A stretch of 64,000 nucleotides of DNA from Promethearchaeota archaeon (lineage in GTDB: Archaea > Asgardarchaeota > Lokiarchaeia > Sigyniarchaeales > SOKP01), in contig JBHLOC010000008.1 in NCBI GenBank assembly GCA_048940925.1, forward strand, positions 46,428 to 110,427, given 5' to 3'. The translations under genes and the position numbers were made by a program. The notes under the pieces were generated by a model. The model was given only the letters and a program-made list of their open reading frames with translations, was not told the DNA's origin and made no database searches. Position 1 is the first letter of the stretch. Every line of letters begins with the position of its first letter. Positions 52,274-62,151 of the stretch are shown one piece after another.

Positions 52274-52864
52274 ATGTCACTAAAATTTTGCCCAAAATGT
52301 GGCAATAAGCTAGAACCAGATGCATCTTTCTGTGATGCTTGCGGTGCAGATTTAAGAACTAGGACTGGAACAGTAGAAATGCCCTCTCCTCTAAGAACAG
52401 AGACAATTTCTGAACAGAAGGTACAACCATCTGTAGAAAGGGGAGCTATAAGTGTAGAATATGCCGAATTTTTACCCAGACTTGCAGCTTTTATTATCGA
52501 TATAATTATTATTGCTATCATTGGATGGATTATTACTATACCTTTTGCCTTTAATCTGATAAGAATGTGGTGGGCATCTTTCTTAATTGATTATGCAATT
52601 GGATTTGTATACTTTTGGTTATTAGAATCTTATAATAATGGTCAAACTCTAGGAAAGGCTGCTTTAAGGTTAAGAACTGTAGATGAGAATACTTTTGAGA
52701 CAACTACTCCAACAAAATATGCTGTTAATAATCTACTTAAACCAGGTTTCTTCTTTTTCCTTTTAGACTTCATAGTAGGTATTCTTATGAATTCTGGTAA
52801 ACCTGAAAGAAGATTAAGGCTAATGCAGAATGTTTCTGAGACTGTTGTTATTGTATCCAGATAG
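52274..52864 (+). CDS. Zinc-ribbon + RDD family membrane protein
   Basis: FCPKCG..FCDACG; RLAAFIID and GQTLGK motifs. Confidence 0.88.
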   Translation: MSLKFCPKCGNKLEPDASFCDACGADLRTRTGTVEMPSPLRTETISEQKVQPSVERGAISVEYAEFLPRLAAFIIDIIIIAIIGWIITIPFAFNLIRMWWASFLIDYAIGFVYFWLLESYNNGQTLGKAALRLRTVDENTFETTTPTKYAVNNLLKPGFFFFLLDFIVGILMNSGKPERRLRLMQNVSETVVIVSR

Positions 52865-52993
52865 AATTTTACCAAAAGTTGAATAAAATTTTTATATCTC
52901 TTTTTTTTCTTTAATTCATTAGAAAATTATGACTATCTAAAAATTTAAAAAGCTATATTTTTATAAATACCCTCAGAGAATATATTATCATAA

Positions 52994-53215
52994 GTGGTTA
53001 TTAAAATGGAGATAGTAGAATATAATAAAGATTATGAATGGGAAAATGATTGGAAAACGATTGTGGGAATTTTTGATACTATAGATTATCTAAAATCTTT
53101 GTTTAAGAAATTAGATGTCCCATATTTAAGAGAAATCCAACAGAAATTATTAATTCTTAATCTTGAAAAATATGCATGGTCTTTACAGAATTATATTATT
53201 GAAAAATATTCCTAA
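52994..53215 (+). CDS. Small hypothetical protein
   Basis: 73-aa ORF (ATG at 53006 also possible) that fills the intergenic space with coding-like composition. Confidence 0.6.
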   Translation: MVIKMEIVEYNKDYEWENDWKTIVGIFDTIDYLKSLFKKLDVPYLREIQQKLLILNLEKYAWSLQNYIIEKYS

Positions 53216-53371
53216 TACGGTATATATTTATAACTTAATCTATAGAGACTAAATTGTCTAATCTGCTTCTTACCCTCTAAAAAAAGGTAATATTTATTAA
53301 AACTCAGATAGATTAAATATCTAATTTAATAATTTAATGAATAACTTATAAGGAAAGGTGCTAATTTTCGA

Positions 53372-54739
53372 ATGAGTGAAGAACCACGGTTTAGGAGTGG
53401 TCAGAAATGGAGTTATGGAATGGGAACCTTCGCACAATGGTTTATAAATGGTGCTTTTAACACTTGGGTATTATCTTTTTATTTTGCTGCGGTTGGATTA
53501 CGTATTGAATATATAATGCTTGCTTTTGTCTTCTGGACAATATGGAATTCCATTAACGATCCATTGATTGGATATTTATCTGATAGAACGAGAACTCGTA
53601 TAGGTCGTAGGAAACCCTTTATAATACTCGGTTCAATTCCCATTTTAATAATAGAGATTATTGTATGGCTTCCTCCAACAGGCAACCAATTCATAACATT
53701 CATTTACCTCCTAATTATCCTTATATGTTTCGATACGTTCTATACTATGGTTACTCTAATTGATTCAGTTTTCCCTGAGCTATATACATCAGTAGAAGAA
53801 CGAGCTATAGTCAATACGATTAGACAAATTCTTGCAACTATAGGGCTGATAATGGCATTTCTAATTCCTGGAATATTCATTGGAGAATTATCTGATCCAA
53901 GCGGATATCCCCTTAATGGTATTGTAACTACTATTCTTGTAGGGATTGCATTATTCATATGTCTTAGGTGGGGAGTAATGGAGAAAGAAGAATTTAAGTT
54001 GGATCATAAACATGAATTCTCTTTTCTTAAAGGTATAAGGTATACTCTCAGTAACAAGGGATTTGTGCTTTATACTATAATGTTCTTCTTATATGAATAT
54101 ATTTTATTGTTATATGCCTCAGTTATACCTTTGTGGAATCAAAATGTGTTGATGGAAAGTACATTTATGGCTTCTCTTTTATTAGGCAGTATTTTTATTG
54201 TTGGAATAATTTCAGTACCTCTCTGGAAATATTTAGATGTAAGACTTGGTAGTCGAATTTCTTTTGCAATTTCTTTAATAATATTTGCAGTAGCGATTTT
54301 GCCACTTTTGTTTGTTTCTGACTTTATGACAGCGTTGATCACTATTTCTACAGCAGGAATCGGATTTGGGGGAATGCTTTATTTCATTTATTTAATTATT
54401 GCTGACGTGATTGATGAAGACGAGTTGAAAACAGGAGTAAGGCGTGAAGGTACATTTTTTGGAGTTACTAATTTCTTTATGCGACTTGCAATGGTATTTT
54501 CTGTGCTATCTATATCACTAGTATTTATATCCACTGGTTGGGAAACTTATGAACCTAATCCTGATTTAAATACATTATTAGGATTACGACTTCTAATGGT
54601 ATTATTCCCAATAATAGCAATTGCTCTAAGTCTTATTTGCCTTTACTTTTACCCCTTTACAAAAAGTAAAGTTAAAGAAATGAAATCTCAATTAGTAGAG
54701 CTACACCAGAAAAAATTGGACACAGTTAGATCTAAATAA
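53372..54739 (+). CDS. MFS transporter, glycoside-pentoside-hexuronide (MelB-like) family
   Basis: NDPLIGYLSDRTRTRIGRRKPF and ADVIDEDELKTGVRREG motifs; 12 TM. Confidence 0.92.
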   Translation: MSEEPRFRSGQKWSYGMGTFAQWFINGAFNTWVLSFYFAAVGLRIEYIMLAFVFWTIWNSINDPLIGYLSDRTRTRIGRRKPFIILGSIPILIIEIIVWLPPTGNQFITFIYLLIILICFDTFYTMVTLIDSVFPELYTSVEERAIVNTIRQILATIGLIMAFLIPGIFIGELSDPSGYPLNGIVTTILVGIALFICLRWGVMEKEEFKLDHKHEFSFLKGIRYTLSNKGFVLYTIMFFLYEYILLLYASVIPLWNQNVLMESTFMASLLLGSIFIVGIISVPLWKYLDVRLGSRISFAISLIIFAVAILPLLFVSDFMTALITISTAGIGFGGMLYFIYLIIADVIDEDELKTGVRREGTFFGVTNFFMRLAMVFSVLSISLVFISTGWETYEPNPDLNTLLGLRLLMVLFPIIAIALSLICLYFYPFTKSKVKEMKSQLVELHQKKLDTVRSK

Positions 54740-54807
54740 TTTAATTTCTTATTAATTTTTATTTCTTTTATAACATATCATTATACAATAAAGTTTTACT
54801 AATAATT

Positions 54808-56319
54808 TTACTCATTTAATCCTGGTAAATCAACTGATTTATCTGAATCTTCCATACCTTCTAATCTACGATACTCATCATAAGTGCGCACTGAAATTAT
54901 TTTGAAATATTCATTTAACTCTTTTTCAACAGCCTCAGTTAAACGTGGTCCTATTTGAGTTTCTAATATCTCATCTACTTTTCTTTTCGCTCGTTCCATA
55001 ATGTCTGAAGCACCAGCTCTCTGCCATACTCCTCTTCGATTTCTGTCTGCAAGTAAGGGAACAAAAAGTTCTTTTCTTGTATTTTTCGCTGTGTGTTTTA
55101 AACTTAAATATGATTTTCCTGTAGTTGCTACTCTCTTAATCTGTTCTATTGCTAATGTTTCCTCATTTACTTTGATACCTTCCAAACCTCTTTTTACCAT
55201 ACTACATAACTCATCATCAATAACCAAAAGCTCTAAGGCTTCTGAAAGTGAAGATTCATAGGTACCTGCACATGTTATATAATTAATCCCTGCTTGGGCT
55301 GCAAAGATAAGTGTTTGATAACGTTCAAATCCATTTTGAAGGTCAAAACATTTTGATTCAGTAACAGCTCCAGGTCCTCTTGAGGGGATATTATAAAATC
55401 TAGCTAACTGAGCGGTTGCTGTTGTGATTAAACCCGTCTCAATGGACCCCCATGCGACATTTCCGGTGGGAGGGTCCATAGGTGCTGACATAGACGAATA
55501 AAGAACAGGGGCTCCTGGATTAATAAGTTGCGTAAGTACAATTGCTGATAAAGTTTCCATGTTGGCTTGGATAAGTAATCCTGCAAGTGTTACAGGAGCT
55601 GTTGACCCTGCACTAGCAGCAGGAGCAATAATTAATGGTTGTTTGTATTTTGCAAATATAAAAAGGCCATTCAATAGAATTTGATTATGAATTAAAGGAC
55701 TAGTTGGATTATAGAAACCAATGAGTCTTGGTCTTTTTGTGAGTTCTTTTTCACTACCTACGATTATAGAAAGTAGGTTCATCATATCCTGAGATGGTGT
55801 TCTTCCAAGACAGCCAAGCCCATAAGGTTTAAAACTATTTTCTGCCCATGCTTTTATCGCATGCCAGTGAAGCTCTGTATACGGCACATCATTAGGCCAG
55901 ACATCTACATGACTACAATGTATATTCTTTAAACTATCTACAATGCGAATTTGCTTGATAGTGTCATTAAGTACTGTTTTTCTAATCCCATTTTTGCTTT
56001 CTGGATCATATATTTTTACTGGAGTTCCGACCGTAGCAAAATTTATAGTGTTCGTATCAATATTAAGTTGAAAGGTTCCATCGTGCCCCCATAAAGAAAA
56101 GGAGTTTGGAACAGTTTTAAGTTGTTTTTCAACTAAATCTTTAGGATATTTAATGTAATGATTATTTTCATTATTTTTAAAACACCCATGTTCTATAAGA
56201 AAAGCTCGAGCTTCTGGAGATTCTACCTTGACACCTATTGTTTCTAAAAGTTCAATGGTATTTACATGTATGAGTTCAATCTCTTCCTTTGTTAACACTT
56301 CTAATTTATTTAATTTCAT
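54808..56319 (-). CDS. Non-pyrrolysine MttB-family corrinoid methyltransferase
   Basis: PTSPL, GSTAPVTLAG, PGAPV and ARFYNIPSR motifs; no in-frame TAG. Confidence 0.88.
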   Translation of the reverse strand: MKLNKLEVLTKEEIELIHVNTIELLETIGVKVESPEARAFLIEHGCFKNNENNHYIKYPKDLVEKQLKTVPNSFSLWGHDGTFQLNIDTNTINFATVGTPVKIYDPESKNGIRKTVLNDTIKQIRIVDSLKNIHCSHVDVWPNDVPYTELHWHAIKAWAENSFKPYGLGCLGRTPSQDMMNLLSIIVGSEKELTKRPRLIGFYNPTSPLIHNQILLNGLFIFAKYKQPLIIAPAASAGSTAPVTLAGLLIQANMETLSAIVLTQLINPGAPVLYSSMSAPMDPPTGNVAWGSIETGLITTATAQLARFYNIPSRGPGAVTESKCFDLQNGFERYQTLIFAAQAGINYITCAGTYESSLSEALELLVIDDELCSMVKRGLEGIKVNEETLAIEQIKRVATTGKSYLSLKHTAKNTRKELFVPLLADRNRRGVWQRAGASDIMERAKRKVDEILETQIGPRLTEAVEKELNEYFKIISVRTYDEYRRLEGMEDSDKSVDLPGLNE

Positions 56320-56379
56320 TGAAATTCATCAATTTTTATGTTATTCTTATTTCAATTAATGTTCATTAACTTATAGAGA

Positions 56380-57666
56380 TTATAGTTGTTTTAATGCTTG
56401 ATCTAAATCTGCTATTAAATCATCTGAATCTTCTAAACCTACTGAAAATCTGAAATGAGTGTTTGATGTATTCATTGCTTTGCGTTCCCATGGTGCGAGC
56501 TCTAAACCTGTCATAATAGAGGTATATTCAATAAGAGAAGTTAAATCGCCTAAAGAAACTCCAACTTTAATTAATTTCAAGAGTTCTATAAATTTATTGC
56601 TTGTTTCCACCGTTTCTAATTCAAAACCAATCATTCCACTAAAATCTTTCATTTGTTTCTTTGCAATTTCATGACCTGGATGAGATTTTAATCCTGGATA
56701 TGCAACATTTACAATTTTAGGATGCTTTTCTAAAAATTGAGCCAATCTCATGGCATTTAATGAATGTCGTGCCATACGTAGATTTAGAGTTTTAATACCT
56801 CGTAAAATTAGCCATGCATTAAATGGACTCAATACAGGACCCTCCATTTCATGCCAAAATAAGCGAATATTTTGAATTTCGTGTTTAGGACCAACTATAG
56901 CTCCTCCTAAACAATCTCCATGACCATTAATATATTTTGTAAGACTCTCGACAACAAGATCAGCACCTAAATCGAGAGGACACTGAAGTGCTGGAGATGC
57001 AAATGTATTATCGACGATACATTTACCATTAACTTCATGAATTAGATTTGCACAAGCTTCAATATCTATTATATCAATAGAAGGATTTGCAGGTGATTCT
57101 AGAAAAATAAACTTGGTGTTTTCATCAATATTTTTCTTTACTTCAGATAAATCACACATATTAACTCTTTTACATTCAAATCCCATTTGAGGATATAATT
57201 TTGTGAGAAGTCGGTATATATCTACATATTGATTAATATGAATAATTCCATTGGGTATTTCTTTGGATTTAGATTCTAAGAATAATTTCTTAATCTTATT
57301 TGGTCGAATACGTTCAACACGTTGTTGTAAAACACTTGAACAAGCAAGATGAACAGCAGCCATTCCCGATGCGACAGAGAGTGCACTTTCTCCTCTGTGT
57401 AGAGTCGCTAATTTATTATCTAGTGCGTAAACCGTAGGATTTTCTACCCGGGAGTAATGATAATGATTTCTCATTAGTTCACTAAGTGAAGAATAAGTAT
57501 ATGATTTTGAAGCATAAATGGGTGTTCGTATACTATGTGATGTTTCAGGATAGGGATCTTCGCCAGCACGAATTAACTGAGTATCAAATTTTAATTTATC
57601 CCATTCAATTCGATTCTCTTTATTTATGTCTTGGAATGTTTTTTTCATTTCTGGCATAGTTTTCAT
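56380..57666 (-). CDS. Cys/Met metabolism PLP-dependent enzyme (methionine gamma-lyase-like)
   Basis: YSRVENPT, ASGMAA, ESPANP, VDNTFASP, ESLTKYINGHGD and VSLG motifs; start uncertain. Confidence 0.88.
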   Translation of the reverse strand: MKTMPEMKKTFQDINKENRIEWDKLKFDTQLIRAGEDPYPETSHSIRTPIYASKSYTYSSLSELMRNHYHYSRVENPTVYALDNKLATLHRGESALSVASGMAAVHLACSSVLQQRVERIRPNKIKKLFLESKSKEIPNGIIHINQYVDIYRLLTKLYPQMGFECKRVNMCDLSEVKKNIDENTKFIFLESPANPSIDIIDIEACANLIHEVNGKCIVDNTFASPALQCPLDLGADLVVESLTKYINGHGDCLGGAIVGPKHEIQNIRLFWHEMEGPVLSPFNAWLILRGIKTLNLRMARHSLNAMRLAQFLEKHPKIVNVAYPGLKSHPGHEIAKKQMKDFSGMIGFELETVETSNKFIELLKLIKVGVSLGDLTSLIEYTSIMTGLELAPWERKAMNTSNTHFRFSVGLEDSDDLIADLDQALKQL

Positions 57667-57788
57667 TATGTTTTGTTTAGTTAATTTAGTATATTTGCCA
57701 TAGCATTTCAATATTGAATATTTAGGTAAACTTTTTTACATATTTTCAATTATAAATAGAAAGTTATAATTACTCCAACCAAAATGAA

Positions 57789-58430
57789 ATGACATTAGAA
57801 GATAATATTAAAGAAGCTATTATAGAATGGGATGAAGATGGCCTAAAAGAGATTTGCCGTGTTACGCTTGAAAATAATGAAGCTTCAGCAGTTGAATTAT
57901 TGAAAATTATGGGACGTATAATGCAATTCATAGGGAAGCAATTTGAAGATGAGGAAATTTTTCTTCCTGATTTAGTAGGATCTGCAAATATAGTGAAAAA
58001 TACCATTGATGAAATATTAGATCCAGTTATTACTGAATCTGGATATGATAAAAAAACCGCTGGAAAAGTTGTCATTGGAACCGTAGAGGGAGATGTGCAC
58101 AGTATTGGAAAGGATCTTGTAGGAAGCTTTCTTTTTTCAAATGGATTCGAAGTGTTTAATCTAGGAGAAGAAGTTCCTGCAAGTAAATTTGTAGATAAAG
58201 CAGAAGAGGTTAATGCTCAAGTGATTGGACTATCATCACTATTAACAATGTCTATGGACTTTCAACGACAGGTTATTGATGAATTGAAAAAAAGAGGAAT
58301 TCGAGATAAATACAAAGTAGTTGTTGGTGGAGCTCCAACATCAGAAGAATGGGCTGATCGAATTGGTGCAGATGGTTGGGCTGATGATGCTATTGAAGCA
58401 GTAAATCTAATAAAAAAATTATTAGATTAA
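57789..58430 (+). CDS. Corrinoid (B12-binding) protein, MttC/MtbC-like
   Basis: IFLPDL, GTVEGDVHSIGK (DxHxxG) and VGGAP motifs. Confidence 0.92.
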   Translation: MTLEDNIKEAIIEWDEDGLKEICRVTLENNEASAVELLKIMGRIMQFIGKQFEDEEIFLPDLVGSANIVKNTIDEILDPVITESGYDKKTAGKVVIGTVEGDVHSIGKDLVGSFLFSNGFEVFNLGEEVPASKFVDKAEEVNAQVIGLSSLLTMSMDFQRQVIDELKKRGIRDKYKVVVGGAPTSEEWADRIGADGWADDAIEAVNLIKKLLD

Positions 58431-58453
58431 CATGAAAGAGGTATTAGAAAACC

Positions 58454-59983
58454 ATGAAAATGAAGAAATTAGAAGTACTTTCAAAAGATGAAATCGGATT
58501 AATTCATTCATCGTCACTCGATCTTTTATCATCAGTTGGAATTAAAATTGATTCAAAGGATACGCGAGATTTGCTTGAGAAAAATGGAGCAGAAACAGAT
58601 TCTAATAATAACTTTGTCAGATTTCCTGAAAATCTTGTTAAGGATCAATTGAAAAAGGTTCCTAATTCCTTTAAAGTATATGGCCCAGATGGAAGTTTTA
58701 ATTTTGAAATTAATTCAGAGAGTATGGTATTTGCTACAATAGGCACTCCTGTGAAAATTTTTGACTCTTCTCGCAAAAGTGGAGTTAAAAAGACTATATT
58801 GGAAGACACAATTAAACAGATCCGTATAGTAGATTATTTAGACAACATTGCCTGCTCTAATTTAGACGTATGGCCAAATGATGTTCAATATACAGCAATT
58901 CATGCTCACTGTATTTATCAATGGGCTAAAAATACAAAAAAGCCATATGGAATGGGGTGTATTGGTAAATTAGCTTCTCAAGATATGATGAATATGGCAT
59001 CAATAGTAGTTGGAGGTGATGATGAACTCATAAATAGACCAAGATTAATTGGCTATTTCAGTCCAACTAGTCCTTTACATTTTCCCCAAATAATGACAAA
59101 TGGATTTGAAGTTTTTGCGAAATTTAAACAACCTACAATTATTCCACCTGAAGCACTTGCGGGTACTTCTGCCCCTGTTACCCTAGCAGGCCTGCTTACT
59201 CAAACAAATGCCGAAATTATAGGTGGTGCTGTACTTTCTCAGCTTTATAATCCTGGAGCGCCAATTTTTTATGGTACTGTGTCTCATATTACAGATATGC
59301 GGACAGGTAATTCCGCTATGGGAAGTGTTGAAACAGGTCTAATTACTGCCGGAATTGGTCAATTAGCTAGATTTTATAATATCCCCTCAAGAGGACCTGG
59401 AGCTGTTACGGACTCGAAATTACTTGATCTTCAAAATGGGTTTGAACGATATCAAACGCTTTTACTTGCAGCTCAAGCAGGGATTAATTATATCACCTGT
59501 GCTGGAACCTATGAAGCTACATTGGTTGAAGCTCTAGAACTTCTAGTGATTGATGATGAATTAGCGGGAATGGTTAAACGAGCAATTGAGGGTGTTAACG
59601 TAAATGAAGAGACTATAGGATTAGATACAATAAAAAAAGTAGCGACAAGTGAAAAATCTGGAGTAAATTTCTTAGCTGAAAAACATACCCGAAAGTATAT
59701 GAAAGAAGAATTATACATGCCTATTCATAAACTCACTGATAGAAGTAGAAGATCTACTTGGCGTAAAAAAGGATCAAAAGATATTATAGAAGTAGCGAAG
59801 GAAAAAGTTGATCAAATACTAAATCAATTCACTCCTAAGGATATGTCCTCTGATATTGACCATAAGCTTCAAGAATATATAAAAAATGTTGAAAAACGTT
59901 CACTTGACTATTATATGAAAATTGAGGGATTAAGAAGTGGGGCTGTCACTCTTCCAGGGATAAATGTTACAGTTGATAAGTAA
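58454..59983 (+). CDS. Non-pyrrolysine MttB-family corrinoid methyltransferase (paralog)
   Basis: Closely similar to 54808-56319; GTSAPVTLAG motif. Confidence 0.88.
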   Translation: MKMKKLEVLSKDEIGLIHSSSLDLLSSVGIKIDSKDTRDLLEKNGAETDSNNNFVRFPENLVKDQLKKVPNSFKVYGPDGSFNFEINSESMVFATIGTPVKIFDSSRKSGVKKTILEDTIKQIRIVDYLDNIACSNLDVWPNDVQYTAIHAHCIYQWAKNTKKPYGMGCIGKLASQDMMNMASIVVGGDDELINRPRLIGYFSPTSPLHFPQIMTNGFEVFAKFKQPTIIPPEALAGTSAPVTLAGLLTQTNAEIIGGAVLSQLYNPGAPIFYGTVSHITDMRTGNSAMGSVETGLITAGIGQLARFYNIPSRGPGAVTDSKLLDLQNGFERYQTLLLAAQAGINYITCAGTYEATLVEALELLVIDDELAGMVKRAIEGVNVNEETIGLDTIKKVATSEKSGVNFLAEKHTRKYMKEELYMPIHKLTDRSRRSTWRKKGSKDIIEVAKEKVDQILNQFTPKDMSSDIDHKLQEYIKNVEKRSLDYYMKIEGLRSGAVTLPGINVTVDK

Positions 59984-60039
59984 ACAAAAAATATTTACTC
60001 TTTTCTACGTTAAACTTAGAAAAGTTAAAAAACAAGATT

Positions 60040-60723
60040 CTAATTATCTTTATCTTTATCATCAACTTTTTCTAAAAGTTCCGTCAATACAACATTGTTA
60101 AAGGAGAAAAGCATCCTTGGTATATATTTTTCAGCCAAATAAGGTCCATCTTCTACGTCTTCCTTTAAAGGAAATAATCTCTTCTCCTTTATGACAGAAC
60201 CTAAGTAATCACGGTCATATTCTTTATATCCAAAGATCTTATTATTAACTATCACCATTTTTCTTTCATACCCTTCAGGTATACCTGTCTTTTCTAATAA
60301 CAATAATATTTTTTCTCTGGATAAAGATTCAAGTAATTCAAGATCCTCTGTGGTTCCTTCATAAGTGGGTCCAGTTTGCACTTCAGCATATTCAATCTCT
60401 TCTTCTAAACCTACCATTACTTTAAAACCTAACATTTCATTGCCTTCATCAACAGCAGTTATTCTGAAAGCAATCCCAAACCTATCCCTTATAGTAGGTG
60501 CTAATTTTGCAGCAATAAACTTCATTCTTGTAGTAGATTCAGCTCCATGCCAAATCCAAACTCGATAACTTTTTGGATCTACAAAAAGTAATATAAATTC
60601 TGGATCTAATAACTCATATAAAGGAAATTCTTCTTCTATTTCTAACTCTTGAAATTCACCTAATTGATCATTATATTGAAATACTATAACTTTTTCCTTT
60701 TCTCTTTTAAGTGGATCTGGCAT
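60040..60723 (-). CDS. Gelsolin-domain protein (single gelsolin domain plus C-terminal extension)
   Basis: LDPEFILLFVD...VWIWHGAEST...AVDEGNE matches the gelsolin repeat consensus. Confidence 0.75.
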   Translation of the reverse strand: MPDPLKREKEKVIVFQYNDQLGEFQELEIEEEFPLYELLDPEFILLFVDPKSYRVWIWHGAESTTRMKFIAAKLAPTIRDRFGIAFRITAVDEGNEMLGFKVMVGLEEEIEYAEVQTGPTYEGTTEDLELLESLSREKILLLLEKTGIPEGYERKMVIVNNKIFGYKEYDRDYLGSVIKEKRLFPLKEDVEDGPYLAEKYIPRMLFSFNNVVLTELLEKVDDKDKDN

Positions 60724-60845
60724 AATAATTGTCTGATGAGTTTCAATATATAATACATTAATATTTCTTTAATATATTATTATTCTTATCTTTATAATTT
60801 TAATAAAGACTTATTATTTTTATTATCCATTTTTGTAGAAATTAA

Positions 60846-60985
60846 TGCGGGAAGGGAGATTTGAACTCCCGAACTCCTACGAGAATGGGTTGCAGGTCTT
60901 AAAGTAAAACATTCTGAGCCCATCGCCTGTAATCGGTTTTTAACCATACTTACTACAACCTTTGACCAAACTTGGCAATTCCCGC
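60846..60985 (-). tRNA. tRNA-Leu(CAG) with two introns (60929-60961 in the D-loop/arm; 60890-60911 in the anticodon loop)
   Basis: The mature 85-nt sequence GCGGGAATTGCCAAGTTTGGTCAAAGGCGATGGGCTCAGAACCCATTCTCGTAGGAGTTCGGGAGTTCAAATCTCCCTTCCCGCA folds as a cloverleaf with a long variable arm. Confidence 0.9.
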
Positions 60986-61082
60986 AGCTCAATTTTAATT
61001 GAACATTTTATATTCATCTAAATATAATGTAGCATATTAATTTTTTACTAAATAAATAAAAAATAAAAAGATAGGGTTCAAA

Positions 61083-61838
61083 TTAAATTCTATTCAACTC
61101 ATAACCACAGAACTCACAAAACTTTTTAGATCTTGGGGTTTTATTACCACAATTAGAGCATATTACTAAGTTTCTTCCTTTAAATTCTCTTCTGGGCTGT
61201 TCGATACTGCCTTCTTGCTTTTGTCGATACGGGTTTTGTGGGTTAACTCTAGCCCTCCATCTAGTTACACCACTATAATTTCTAAGATAAATAATAACTC
61301 CTGCAGAAATTATAAAAAGAACACCTATAACTATAGTTACGATTATGCTAATCATTTTAGTTTCTTGCCTTGCAATATATGCATCGTTATAGATATGTAT
61401 ATTGAAATAACCACTTCCAGATTTCGCTGTTACTTTAATATATATTGTCATTTCTTCTTCTATTGTTAAGTCAACTCTTTCTTTAGTATCCCCCAAATCA
61501 CTAAATCCAATACGATCTGTAAAATTCAAATTAGAAAATACCTCTAATTTTAAATCCATTCCCCAAAAACTATCCCATCCAACTTTTATATGAATATTAC
61601 CGATTGGAACTGTAATATAATATCGTGGTATGTCAATAAATCCTACATGCTGATTTTTTAATTTTTGATTTAATGTTAATTGCGTACCTTGACTGAATTT
61701 TAAGGTTTTATTATCTATTAACCTTTCAGTATTGATAGTTGAATGATTCAAGTTAAAGATTTCTGCTGAAAAGAAGCAGAGAAAAACAGTACATATTAAG
61801 AAATAATATTTAATCTTCTTTTGCATTTTCCACCACAT
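61083..61838 (-). CDS. Single-pass membrane protein with PPC-like ectodomain and cytoplasmic zinc ribbon
   Basis: Signal peptide, DLKLEVF..IYIKV beta domain, TM helix and CSNCG..FCEFCG. Confidence 0.75.
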   Translation of the reverse strand: MWWKMQKKIKYYFLICTVFLCFFSAEIFNLNHSTINTERLIDNKTLKFSQGTQLTLNQKLKNQHVGFIDIPRYYITVPIGNIHIKVGWDSFWGMDLKLEVFSNLNFTDRIGFSDLGDTKERVDLTIEEEMTIYIKVTAKSGSGYFNIHIYNDAYIARQETKMISIIVTIVIGVLFIISAGVIIYLRNYSGVTRWRARVNPQNPYRQKQEGSIEQPRREFKGRNLVICSNCGNKTPRSKKFCEFCGYELNRI

Positions 61839-62151
61839 TTTCAGATTTAATTATAATTTTTTCTCAGAGTATAATCTTTTTCATCAGATAAATTAATTTT
61901 CTTATATCAAATAAATAGTATATTTTAGATAAAAAAAAAGGAGATATGGATTTAAATTTCTATTTTTCAAGTTTTTGTGTAAATTGTGGTTATGAAATAA
62001 AAAAAGACTAAATCTCAAATTAACTCTTTAATAAAAAAAAATTGGTTTATTTGAACCTTTTTATTAAAATACAAATTTATCTTGATCAAGTACATTTAAA
62101 TATTAACAGATGAAATTCAACATTAATAAATGGAATTTGAAGAAGTGAATT

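Noticed and set aside
57250-57330. ~20-aa insertion in the PLP lyase as an in-frame intron
   Set aside because: Only weak AT-rich pairing and no BHB geometry.
54808-59983. Pyrrolysine in the MttB homologs
   Set aside because: Neither gene has an in-frame TAG.
60792-60992. 66-aa ORF
   Set aside because: It overlaps the tRNA-Leu gene and is spurious.
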